A stretch of DNA of 63,156 nt, filler included, from Reticulomyxa filosa (taxonomy: Eukaryota; Protista; Foraminifera), in NCBI GenBank assembly GCA_000512085.1. It is 16 parts of 16 records of this genome, joined end to end, with 100 filler letters (N's around TTAATTAATTAA, not from the genome) between each part and the next. Parts side by side here need not be neighbours in the genome. Positions count along the whole stretch, not along the records: positions 9,802 to 16,320 come from ASPP01020750.1; positions 16,421 to 24,820 come from ASPP01006969.1; positions 24,921 to 28,314 come from ASPP01001339.1; 13 more parts are not named here. One strand, 5' to 3'. Position 1 is the first letter of the stretch. The number at the start of each line of letters is the position of its first letter. Made by a program: the position numbers and the translations under genes. Shown one piece after another: positions 12,861 to 25,872 of the stretch. Under the pieces are notes generated by a model. The model saw only the letters and a list, made by a program, of their open reading frames with translations. It had not been told where the DNA came from and did no database searches.

Positions 12861-15198
12861 ATGATTGTGCGTACACCCCTGAAATCGACAATAACAACAG
12901 ATTCTTTAACAACGACAAAGTCAGTTGATGTAACATGGAGTGCTGATCAGCCTCAATCAGATATATTGGCCTCAACGTTCGGTGACGAGGCAAAAAGCGT
13001 TATTGAAACAAATGAGAAAGCAGTGATTGCATCCCCTCTTCCCTCTACAACAGGAGATGCGAGCAACACAGGATTAAAATCTAAAGTGAAGCAGGGATTA
13101 AAACAAAAGATTGAAAAATACAACACCTTCATAAAAGCGGCTAAGTAATGGAGTTTCTCATCAATTTTTTTTTTTTTTGTGCAGTGTACATGTGTGAGCA
13201 TCAATGGGGGGGGGGGGGAAAAAAATAAAAAAGAGGCTTTGAAAAAGAGCAAAAGTACATTGAGGCGATAAAGAACTTTGAGCAAGCAGTGTCAGTAAAT
13301 GTTTGTGAAGGAAGCAAATTGGAAAAACTATTGCACCGATTGGATGAATTAAAAAACACATGCATTGATTTGGGATTGCATGAAACACCCGAAGCATTCG
13401 TTGTAATGGATAAAGGTTGGCGCAAAAATACAATTACAAACGATTATCATTTGAGCTCTTCCACTGAATCTGGACCAGTTACATGATATACACATATGTA
13501 TATATCTTTTGTTTTTTTGTTTGTTTGTTTGTTTGGGTGCAAGTGTTTGATCCAATTCATTCTTTGAAATTACAATTCACAATAGGAATTCATAATCCCA
13601 GAAGCTGTTGTCGAGGGGTTATACGATTACCAGCGCGAGTCACTTGTATGGCTGTGGTCGTTGCATCAGCAGTGTATCGGTGGGATTTTGGGTGATGACA
13701 TGGGTGAGTTGTGTCTTTGCACTTGAGAGGTTGATAAGAATGATATCATTCAATAAATGAGTAGGGCCAAATAAATAAATGATAATAAAATGAATATAAC
13801 TAGGTTTGGGTAAAACGATTCAAATGGCAGCATTTTTGAAAGGACTGTTTTATAGTAAGTTGATTAAAAAATGCATGCTGTTGGTACCGACCTCGCTGAT
13901 AGACAATTGGCAGCGGGAACTTTCCGAATGGTGCACAGAGATTTCGGTGTATCGATTTGTGAGTTCTACAACCGCGATCAAAAAAAAAAAATTACCCAAC
14001 AAATGAAAACCAAGGGTGGGATACTGCTCACTTCTTATGGTAATATCTATTATCAGATCTTTGTTGTTGTTGTTGTTGTTGCGACCTTACACATGTGCCA
14101 AGTGGATTGTTGTCCATTCAAAACAATATTAATTCAATGTGATCAATTGCAAATGAAACACATAGGAATGGTTTTAGGAAAGCAAAAAGATGTGTTCATA
14201 TCTATAGATTTTGATTACATGGTGTTAGACGTTTCGTAATTTCGTTCTTGTCTTCCCTCCTCCCCCCCCCTCCAAACTATAACACTCATTATTATTGTTA
14301 TTATTTCTGTTGTTGATTAAAAATATGTAATAACGATGAATGCAAAAAAAAAGGAGGGACATTGCATTAAGAACTATTCAAACTCGACTGCCAAAGCCGT
14401 TCGTGAGATCCCAGTCAAAGGGTGCCATCGAATCATTTTGTCGGGCACGTTTATGCAAAATCGCTTGTCCGAACTTTGGAGTTTAATCGACTTTATCTCA
14501 GACGGACGAATTTTAGGAGACAAAAAAACTTTCAAACATGAATTCGAAAACCGAATCGACCGTGCAAATATGAAAGACGCAACACTTATTGAAAAAAATT
14601 TGGGTCAACGACTTGCCATTTTGCTTAAAGTGTTATTTTCTTTCATTTTCTCAAATTATTATTGTCATTGTTACAATCCTTTTTATTTATTTGTGTAGAA
14701 AGCCATCGATCCTTATTTATTGCGACGAACAAAAAAAGGAGTAAAAGAACAAGAGCAGCAACGACAAATCGAGTCTCTTGCAGAAACGAAAGAAGTGAAC
14801 TCCAGCACAACGAAGCAATCAAAAAAAGCTTTGCCCTCAAAACAATGAAGCGAGAAATTGTAGTATGGATTGAACTAACGGACATTCAGGTTTCCGTGGG
14901 ACATAGCTTTTTTTTATTTTTTTTTATTTCCTCTCTCTCCCCTCCCCCCCCCCCCCCCCCATAGCACAATTTGAAATAACACTTACATTGTCGTAGGTGC
15001 AACTGTACAAGTCGTTTTTGGAGTCTGAGATGGTGAAATCAATTTTGATTGGCCAGGTTCGTAAAGGCTCTCTGCCCGCGTTGACAGTGCTGAAAAAGAT
15101 CTGTGATCACCCATTCCTATTATCTGAACAAATGAAAGGTTGTGGAGATCTGCAGGCATTGACAATGTTTAGCATACTCTCGCAATATATACATATAC

Positions 15199-15229
<31 letters not shown>

Positions 15230-16320
15230 CACACACACAAAGCAGATTTAAATGTGCCATACTTATACATTTGAATGGTTCTGTCTCGTTACTACCGATA
15301 GGACTTGCACGGACCAAACGATTGAAAACTCATTGCGCTGTTCCGCCAAGACGAATGTGTTGCTAAATATTTTACAAAACTTTCAAATCACAAACCATCG
15401 AGTATTGGTGTTTTCTCGTTTCAGGAAAACTTTAAATTTTATCGAAGAAGTGATATGTCAACATGTTTCGTCTGCGAGGGATGGGTATCTTATCCACACT
15501 TTTTTTTTTTTTTTTTTGACAAAAATAAAAGAAACAACGTATAAATGAATTGACAATAGAAAATGAGGTATCTTCGAATGGACGGAGAAACAGATGTCAA
15601 AGATCGGCAAACATTGGTGGACACATTCAACCAAAATAAGGATATTTTTTGTTTTTTATTAACCAAAAAGGTTGGCAGTTTGGGTTTGAATTTGACCGGT
15701 GCTGATCGTGTCATTATCTGTTACGAGCTTTTGTTTATTTATTTTTTTTTTTTTTTGAACACACGATTACATTGTACAAAACAAAGACCATTTTTTTATG
15801 TGCTTTTTTTTTTTTATCTTCAATACAACACAGTCGACCCGGATTGGAATCCTGCAAATGACAATCAAGCCGTTGACAGGTCCTACAGTTTAGAAACTTA
15901 ATTTGTTTACTATTTGTGTATTGCTTTGCATTATATGCCAGAACATCAAATACATGAATACTTGCAAAGTGTCATATGCTTAGTCAGCAAAAGACTAAAA
16001 AATCTAAGGTACATTGGATGTGTTGTTGTCCTCTTGCAGGAATGGGCCAAAAGAAAGACGTGGTTGTATACCGTTTGGTGACGTGCGGAACATTGGAAGA
16101 GAAGATTTATCGACGGCAAGTACTCAAAGTAGGTTTGCTGAAAATCATCACTGAAAAAGCGAACCAACACACTTACTTTACAAAAAGTGAATTGCGAGAT
16201 GTCTTCACTTTGGACGACACAAAATCCAGCCTTACGCAAATGCAATTTTCAGATTTGCAAAGACTTCAAGATGGTGCAAATTCAGATTTGGATATTGAAT
16301 ATCATCGATGGGATGTATTG
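12861..16320 (+). CDS. ERCC6L: ERCC6L/PICH-like SNF2-family DNA translocase, 12 exons seen, 3'-truncated
   Basis: Spliced motifs [118 protein letters not shown]; N-terminal TPR-like segment; two A-run frameshifts. Confidence 0.88.
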
Positions 16321-16420
16321 NNNNNNNNNNNNNNNNNNNNNNNNNNNNNNNNNNNNNNNNNNNNTTAATTAATTAANNNNNNNNNNNNNNNNNNNNNNNN
16401 NNNNNNNNNNNNNNNNNNNN
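16321..16420. other. Artificial contig spacer
   Basis: N44-TTAATTAATTAA-N44. Confidence 0.99.
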
Positions 16421-17537
16421 AAAAATCAATTATCATCATAAGATATCGTTTTATGTGTTTAGTTTTCTTTGCAACCTACTGTAGTTACCTGAAAAAACTT
16501 GTAGTCACTATTTGTATTGACAGTAGTCTAGATTTCATATTTGTCAGCAATTGATTAACATTCTTAACAGTAATGAAAACTTCGTACAACATTATATCAA
16601 ATAAATGTCGAAGTTGAATCCATGAACTGGTGAAGTAAAAAAATTTAACTTAACGGCAGATGTCAAATTAAACTTGCTAAAGAAAATCTGGTAAAAGTTA
16701 TGAACCATTGTACAAGTATAAATGCACTTTGCAAAAACAACTATCGATTATGCAGAGCTATGTGATTCAAAGAGAAAAAGCTAAAATAAGAACAAATGCA
16801 ATACAACTTTTCGGTGAGTGGCTTACAACGTGGAAATAATATGCAAGCGAAGATGTCCCACCATTAGAGCAAGCGAATTAATCACCGCCATCATTGAAGA
16901 ACTTGAACTCATCTTCCTTTGAGGAAATTGGGACTAGCAGTGGGCTAAACCCTTTCTACATTGTCTATGGACCAAGGATTTAAAAAAACAAGATCTTATT
17001 TGAAATATTCATTTTCATAATGTCTTCATTTTTAAAAGTAAATTTAAGAAATCAATAACAGGAATATTTGTTTTCGATATAAATACAAAAATCATTGTTT
17101 TTATTAAATATTTCATAAACTTCTTTTGAGTTAGTAATGTTTTTATGCAAAAAAAAAACGGTGGAAGAAGCCAGTCGCTAATATCTAATAAACAATATAT
17201 CCCGAACGTTGGAGGGGATGCTACATAAATAACAACACAGCAAGTTGACTTGCAAAAACAAAAAATTATTCACTTGCAATTGACAGTTGTGCTGTATTTG
17301 CGAAAATAATTCTTTCAGAATGGCTTCTTCAAGCAGTAAAAAAACAAAGTGCGGTTACCAAACAGAAAGCTAGACACAACTGGCCTAAATAATTTGTGTG
17401 CAACACATTTGCCTGGCATTTAATTTCGGCACTGTTTAGTTCTCGAGTTTGAATAAAAAAAATTTGCAAATAATCCAACTAATTTTTTAATTAGTACATT
17501 GATTAAGGGGATATGAAAGGTTGTTATATAAACTTAT

Positions 17538-20500
17538 TCAAAATTTCATTTCGTGCACAGCTTTAGCCTCATGTTCATTGTCAACCTCGGAATCATCCCG
17601 AATGGTTTGATTATTCGTAATCGATTGATTTTGTTCATTTTTTTGAATGTTTTGATTGTTGAAAGCGGTATTGCTGGGATTTTTATCTGAAGTATCTTCG
17701 ACTTCTTCCACATACAGACTAGGAGCAAAAACAATACCATGATGAATTAACTTTTGTGCATCCATAAATTTCTGCTTTAAATCTGCGTTTCCAATAGCTT
17801 GCATGCCTTCTGTAAGTTGAAGTAATAGATCATTTAGATGTTTCAAAGCTCGAACCATTTCACCTTCAAAAGCATTGGTCATTTTGCACAATTGGACGAA
17901 TGGTTCTTTGTTCATCCACTTGTAAATAACAGGAACAAGTTCCACCTTCAAATTAGTCAATTGCTCTTCTACATCCAATTCTCGTCTGTCTTTGATACCT
18001 ACTTCGCGTTTACAGTCTACCAGTTCGGTAATTTTTTGGCAAACAAACTCATAACACTTATGAATTCGCTCCATACTTTGTGAATTTCCAAGTTTTTCAA
18101 ATATTGCTGATTGATTTGATGTATCCATAGCTTTACGATCATTATCATTGCTTAATCTCACATTCGTCATCAAGCCCAATACACAAGCGATTTCAATACT
18201 ATTCAGTTCGTTCAACATGCCTATTTTTATTGTATCTTATTTTATTTTTCGGTATTTGTTTACATAATAAACACAAACCGCTAAAAATCAATTCAGTGAT
18301 AAGCAACTCGTCTGAATTTTCAACATAGGTAGACAAAGTCCCTTTTGCCGTCAAAATATTTTCCTGTAAAAAGCCTAATCGTTTCAAAAGTCTCAATTTG
18401 TTTTTCAAATCTTCAGTAAATTCTCCAGACTGATACATTTTGGCTTGGTTTTGATAAATGCTAAGTTTTTTACAATCCACAATATATAGATGGAACGGTG
18501 CGTAATATTGAGATTCGATATCCTGCCACTCTGCTGACGATATTTGCTTTTTCGATTGTCTATTTTTGTAAAACGCAGTATCTTCCATTTGTGCGTCCAA
18601 TACTTTAACACGTTCGAGTATTTTAGTCACTTTTTTCTTGATTTCATTTTGTTGAGTATTTTCGTCGTTATTGGCAATTTTGTTAGTATTCGATTTGCAC
18701 AGGTCTTTGATGTAGTCTAAGACAGGAGGGATTTGATAGGGAATGGACAAGAGATTGTTGTAGACAAATTCGTAATCTTTTTGGTTTTGATTTTCAATGG
18801 TAAATCCAACAAACGAATACTGCTTATTTTACTCACACATGGCAAGTCAAAGCGCACGATATCCAGTTTGTGATGTCGTAATATATCGTAAGAAATTGGT
18901 TTGAGCAAATCAATTTTGTCATCTTTTATGGGCAATGGAAACTATTCGATTATTTTGTTTGTTTGTTTGTTTATTTGTTTGTTTCATTCATCCATTTATT
19001 CATTTCAAGACTATCAAACTGTTGTTTCATTTGGACCAGTTTCAACATCAGTTGAAACGGTATCAATACATCGACATAGAATTTGTTGGGTTGAAAAATT
19101 TTTCCATATCCAACAATAATCCCCCATCCCCACATTTGACTATTTGCGTCGTGAAACTTTTCCAACGCATTCAGTTGACTCTCCAAAGTGCCCGTGGGCA
19201 TTTGTTCAAGATTACTTTGTTTGTCGTGTTTTGGAATTTCGATAAATACAACTCGTCCAATTTGTAAGAACGGTTTCACTATGTCTGGAGTCATTACCAA
19301 GCCGTGTGCATTGCCTGTGATATGTTGAGATGTTGGTATGTTTGATCACACAACATTTGTTGTATACAATATTAGATAATTTTTTTTTTCTCCTCCCTTT
19401 GAATACTCCTATCATTACCAACAATGTCTTGCTTAAGTTGATACAATGTGAAATATTCCTTGATTTCAGCAAAGTCTGGTCTTTGTTCAAACTCTTGAAT
19501 GGATTGACGCAATAGTTGACACTGCGTAGAAATTTCTGGAATTTTTTTAGTAACCAAAAAATGATAAAAGGAATTGTCGATAATTCGCGAGCAACAAGTT
19601 GTCAACTGTTTTACAGCTTCGTTTGTTTCAGAGGATTGTTTCTGTCCATCCACGCCGAGATGTTCTCTGGGATCAGTAGAAATGCTTTTGCTTTTCGCAA
19701 TATTCAGCACTGTGTTGTACGCTAATCGAAATGACGACGTCAATGGTCCACTCTCGTCACACATCAAATCGTCCAAAACATTGAAATTGACCGATGGTTC
19801 TGTCATTAATACCACAAAGCCTCTTTTATCAATACCTCGACGTCCAGCCCGACCACTCATTTGAATGAATTCTCCTGGCTTTAAGAACCTTGTGTCATTG
19901 CCTCATTTGTGCAAAAAAAAAAAAAAAAAAAAAAAAAAAGTTAACATATGTTATTATCAATCAATTACAATCATTAAATGACCATGTATATACATATATA
20001 TATATACATATATATGTATATATAATAATGGAACACATACCATCAAATTTTTGTAATTTGGTAAAAATGATCGATTTGGCAGGCATGTTGATTCCCATAG
20101 CAAAAGTCTCTGTCGCAAAGAGTACTTTGACCAGCCCCTCTTGAAACAGGATTTCTGTGATTTCTTTTAAAATGGGAAGAATCCCACTGTGATGCAAGCC
20201 GATCCCCCTCTTCAACATTGGCAGCATGAATTGTACAGCTTGCAAGTGTTTATCTTCTTCTGGCAGCATATCTATTGCGTTGTTGAACACTTCTTCCACG
20301 GCGTCGCTTTCTTCCTCTGTGCAAAAGTTGATCTTTGACAATTGCATGGCCCGTCCTGTAAGACCAGAGGAGATTTGTACACAACAATGATGTCCACCAA
20401 TGGTCCGACATTACATAATGCACAAACAATGACAAAGAAAACAAAGACATACCTTCAACCTCTTTTCGTGAAAAAGTGAACACAATCACGGGCAACCAAT

Positions 20501-21806
20501 CAACAGAATACAGCAAAGACAACAATCTATGCATATCGGTCAATTGATGTTTTCGTCGCATTCGAAGATGGTCTTTTGACACGGCCTGTTGGAACGACGA
20601 ATACGACTGATCAAAGTTGTCTTTCATTAGTTTTCCATTCACCGAGTCCTTCACCAAATACAACCCATTACCACCCACTGGAAACACGTAGTACTCCAAA
20701 GGGACTGGTCTTTCATTTGTTCCGATCACATTACACTTCTTATTCTTCAAACCGCTCACCCATTCCGCAAAGTCGTTTGCATTCGATATTGTCGCTAGTT
20801 TATCGTGCAGTTTCATTTGTCCATCAAACAAACAAACATACCTGTCATTAAAATAATAATAATAATAATAAAAACACCTGATAAAAATATCAAATTGATT
20901 TTCGGGTCAAGCAAAATAATCGACTCTTCCCACACCACACCTCGTTGCACATCTGTCATGTAATGGATCTCGTCAAAGACCACATATGCGACTTCCCGAA
21001 GCTGTTTTCCATAACAAAAAAAAAAAATAACTTTTTGAGACATTTGATCTTTGATAGTTTTTGTAACAAATTAAAAAAAAAAAAAAAAAATTCCGTTTGT
21101 TTGTTGGAATGAAAAGCTTGTAAGTTAACAAAACATAGTTAGCTCCTTGATACAACATGTTCCGCAAAATTTCAGTGGTCATGACCACACAACTTGCTTC
21201 TCTATTTTTAGATACGTCTCCTGTTAACAGACCAATGCTTGCAGACCCAAACTCGTCACAAAAGTCTCGATATTTTTGATTGGACAATGCTTTGATGGGC
21301 GACGTATATATCACGCGCTGATTGTTTTTTAATGCTTTGGCAATTGCGTACTGTGCAATCACTGTCTTGCCGGCACTCGTGTGTGCCACTACCAACACGT
21401 CTTCATTCTTTTCGATGTATTCAATCCCTTGTCTTTGAAACGAGTCCAACGCAAACGGAAAATCACGTGCTGGCTCAAATGGGAACACGTTCTTTCTTTT
21501 GTGTTCTTTTTGCATGGTCATCTCTTGGTCTGTGTTGCCATCATGTTTAGACATTTCGTCGTTCGCTTCCTCTGTTTTTGTCGCCACTTGCATCATGATT
21601 GCGTCTATTGCTGCTTTTCTCACTTCACCCTCCTCACTGTCCGAACTTATGTTTAGTACTTCACGAGGGTTTATTCGTTGCTGCATTTCGCTACGTTGGC
21701 GTTTTTTCTCGGGCTCCATGTTCATACCTGTTGTTGTTGAGGTTAGATCCACTATATCATCTCTTTTTCTTTTGAGAGTTTGAGGAACATCCGTTATATC
21801 GCTCAT
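17538..21806 (-). CDS. MTR4: MTR4 (Ski2-like DExH exosome RNA helicase), multi-exon, apparently complete
   Basis: [83 protein letters not shown]-like WGWGIIV, C-terminal FEG..R and GIVFAPSLY. Confidence 0.9.
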
Positions 21807-22030
21807 TATCTAGATTGACGCCTTGTACAATGTGCAATACTTAAATTATTCTTGCACTCCCTTTTTTTTTTTCCAACTTTGACTTTACTTTATTAACTCT
21901 GCCTCACTTAAGCGTAGTGTTTGGCCTTTTGCTGATATTGTTGAAATAAATCTTAAAACTGGCACAAACAAAAATACTTCAACGCGGGAGATTTTTTTTT
22001 TTTGGCTGCGCGACGTATGATTGAGAAAAA
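21807..22030. promoter_or_regulatory. Putative bidirectional promoter
   Basis: 224 bp between divergent start codons. Confidence 0.45.
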
Positions 22031-22891
22031 ATGGATTTAATAATGCCTCCACATTATTTGTTCGACAAGAATAAATCATCGACCAATGAAGAGCTAGTAT
22101 TACCTGATGAAGCAGTGTGCTTGTATAACAAAGGAAGTCAACGTATTTTGAGCGTGAACGAGAAAGGAGCGACAGGCCTAACAGAAAACAAGCCAGAAAA
22201 GCGCGAAGCGTTTAAATTGGTAGCACTGAACAATCATATGAACAAAGACAAAAGCAAATCAATAGCAATATTGCACGTATTGAGTGGCAAATACATAACG
22301 GCCACAAGAGACCAAGGAGAGCTATATTGTTCAAAGAACGACATTAGTCGATATGAAATATTTGATATAACAAAGGCGCCAAATGGTGGATATCATTTGA
22401 GATCGCCTTTCCAATATTATATTTCTTTTGAAAAAAACACAAATCGTTTGCAGCGTTGGTATTGTGGAGAGTCACTTTTATCAGAAGGAGAGGTCTGGGA
22501 ATTAGCATTATTTCGTTTTTTTGAAGTTTTGTGCAAATATACAAATATACAAATATACAAATATATACTTATGTATACATTTGTATTTATATGTATATAA
22601 AACAACGTATATATGTATATAGTCGCATCTTTTCATTTGTTTTATTTGGAGAAAAAAAATAAAAAAAAAAAGAACAACACTGACGAAGGTAGAGCAGCAA
22701 ACGAAGCAGACAAAGAAAGAAAAAAAAAGGCCGAACAAGAACAGCGTTTGAAAGAAGGTGAAGATGAATTCAATCGACAACGAGGGGAATTGTCATTTTT
22801 GTTCGGATCGTTGTCCCAGCAGTCACTGCAATTGCTGTATGTTTTGCTTGTTGTTTTATCTTGGATATCATATACATATATATACATATAC

Positions 22892-22923
<32 letters not shown>

Positions 22924-24820
22924 TTAAATGGATGTGTCAACGAACTAAGTAAAAAGCGCTTACGAGAAGGCTATCCGGTAATGTCAAGCGATATCTTCGA
23001 TTTGATAATGCACTTGGAAAATGAAGACAAAGATGTAAAGGGTTGGGAGATCGAGAATTACCAGCGCGCTTTCAATCAAACCATCACATTTTGTGAAAAG
23101 TTGTTCCTGTGCGTTTCCGATGCATTAACAGTTCCCCTTGGCAAAGACCAGAACAGTTTGGAGGTTGCGAAAGCGAGTAAGAAGGAAAAAAGAGGAGGTG
23201 ATGACAAGGAGAGAGGCAGTGAAAAGGACGACGACGACGACGACGACGACAATGAGAATGAAAATATTGAAGAACAGAAGGAAATGTGCGATGAAGATAT
23301 GAATGAAAAGGAAATGCAAAGCAAAGTGCAAGCTCATCAAACCATTATCCCTTTCGAATTGATTGATCAAATCTTTTTCAATTTGTTTGGGAATTTATTG
23401 CATAAGATTCCAATGTCCAGATGGAAAATGGCTCAAGCTTTACTCAAGCACCGTAAGAAGGTATACATATACGTATACATATATGTATGTACATATATAA
23501 ACTCATTGCCATCTCATTTTTTTTTTTGTTGTTTGTTTGTAACGAAAGAAACAAGCGACAAACGAAATAAATACGATCGAGTCGGTAATGAAAAATATGT
23601 CTGATCATCGATGGCGATACTATAGCAATACTGAAATGCACTACGAATTGGCGCTGTATCGATGGAAAAACGACGAACACGATCAAACGCTGTATCATCT
23701 GAACACGGCCTTGTCTTATTGTAGCATCCGCAGCCAACGCAGGTTGAAAATACACTACTATTTGGCTCATTTGCTACACTTTCATTTTGGAAAGTATAGC
23801 TCAAGTGAAAAGCATTATCGCCTTGCGCTGGACTGCAGTGGATATCAGCATTTGGACAGTTTGTTTGAGCTTGCCTTTTTGTTACATTCCAAACCATTAC
23901 AAATCTATTCCAAAGCAAAAAGACTTGAACAAGCCGTTGAATGTTTGACCAGGCATATCCATTTGTTCGAAGAAGATGTCACTAATATCTCGGCTCCTCA
24001 GCCATTAAATCCTGATTCATCCCATCAGCAGTTTATTCAATCACATCCTCTTTTTGATGCTGGCGCTGTTGTTGAAGACTTGTTTGTTTTTTTTTTTAGA
24101 AACATACTCACGTATACGTATTTTCTTTCACCCAATTAAAATACATATACGTATACATATATAAACATATATACATATATGTACCTATGTATGTATACAA
24201 ATTTTTTTTTTGTTCAGTAAAATGTGTTTATGTAATAATCCCTGTCTACGTATACTACACACACACAATATGCACATGCATATATATACGTATGGAAACG
24301 GGGGGGGGCAAAAAAAAATAAAGGCAAAAACTTCGTGAAAAAATTACGGAACAGTTTGCAAGCAAAAAAAGCATTGACGTTGATGCCAGGATGCTACTTG
24401 CAAAAGTGTATACGGATATGGGCAAATATGAGCAAGCACAACACGAGTATGAGGTACTTCTACATCGCAACATATTGGAACTGAACAATCTGCGTATATT
24501 GATGGGCTATGGCAATCTTTTGCAGTTCGAACTGAAAGACTACATTAGCGCAGAATATTACTACGACTGCGTGCTGCACTTGATTCGAACGCATTTCCAC
24601 TCCATCAAACACTCCGCCAAAAGCAAAAAACTTAAGAAAATTCGTGTTTCGGAAGACGACATCTCTGATTTCTATGTTGATTACTGCCAATTGCTTAGTG
24701 TCATGACCGATAAAGAATCCGAATTGCAAACGTTCATTCATAATCTTGCAATAGAGTCCTTGGATGTTCTATATCGCATAGGTTGAGTTTTTTATTTTTA
24801 ATTAACTGCATGATGCTCCC
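22031..24820 (+). CDS. Protein with N-terminal fascin-like beta-trefoil and C-terminal TPR-like repeats (multi-exon, probably 3'-truncated)
   Basis: Repeated units such as IAILHVLSGKYITA...ELYC...YEIFDI...YHLRSPFQYYIS; later helical repeats (HYYLAHLL...SEKHYRLAL; LLAKVYTDMGKYEQAQHEYE; YGNLL...AEYYYDCVL). Confidence 0.6.
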
Positions 24821-24920
24821 NNNNNNNNNNNNNNNNNNNNNNNNNNNNNNNNNNNNNNNNNNNNTTAATTAATTAANNNNNNNNNNNNNNNNNNNNNNNN
24901 NNNNNNNNNNNNNNNNNNNN
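24821..24920. other. Artificial contig spacer
   Basis: N44-TTAATTAATTAA-N44. Confidence 0.99.
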
Positions 24921-25256
24921 TAACCCACTGGGGGTCCCACCGTTCCATTAGTATTTGAGACTGTGTAATAAGGACTTGCACCACACTGTCTAGACACATT
25001 TTTTAATGCCAAAGGCCAAAAATAATAAGTATATAAGATTTTTTAACTGTACAGACTGTTATTTCGATTCAAAATTTTTTTCTTTGAAAAACAACAAATA
25101 ATGATTATTTTTTTAAGGTGAATCCGAATTTGTAATTATTTACCGTTTGACAACCTTCAACGTCACAGTGGAAAATCCTAAGATTGCCACTGAACATTTT
25201 AAAAATTTTTCTCAACGCTTTTAGTCTACACTTCCATTGGAAAAAAGAAAGCAGTT

Positions 25257-25872
25257 GTGAATCCAATAATGAATCAACTGATGAGATCGTGCCCACTATC
25301 ACAGCACATAGTATGCAAATCACTACTGACATTACAGTTAGCACAGGCACCGCCTCGTGAAGAAAAGGACATGAAAATACATAAAGCAGACGATCCAAAC
25401 AATATAAGTGAGTGGTTTTATTGTGCGATTTGTAAAGAGCAACATTCTGCGTGAGAGCGGGAGACATGTTTAAAGTGTCACTACGTATGCACTTAGCACT
25501 AAAAATATGGTGCCACATCAGGTATATAACTGGTGTAACACACACGTGTCCAATCTGTAGTAAAACAACGCTATTTGTTTCATTTGTTTGCAGCTATCAT
25601 GTCTGGGCGGCCATCTTATTGTGAGTCCATGTGGGGCAAGTAAATCACATATGTTCAATCAAGAATACATTTGCCGTTGGGCAAGTGGGCGAGATGACGA
25701 TGATAAACAAGTCTGCCCAACGTGTAAATCCACATTTAACTGGCGCTGTGATAGCTGTCCTATGTTCGGCATAATCAGTGCAGCGGTGTTTAATGACAAT
25801 AAGCAAGCCATATTGTTTTATTTAGGTGAGATTTACAATTCAAAACGAAAAATTAAAAAGCTACATTATTGA
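25257..25872 (+). pseudogene. Degenerate RING/zinc-finger gene remnant
   Basis: CAICK, CPICS and PCG...HMF...ICRW...CPTCK spread over broken frames. Confidence 0.4.

Noticed and set aside
15155-15170. GC-AG intron in ERCC6L
   Set aside because: A GT donor at 15167 restores the frame
16421-17500. Decayed coding-like stretch; likewise 26400-27800
   Set aside because: Only short broken frames with no identifiable family
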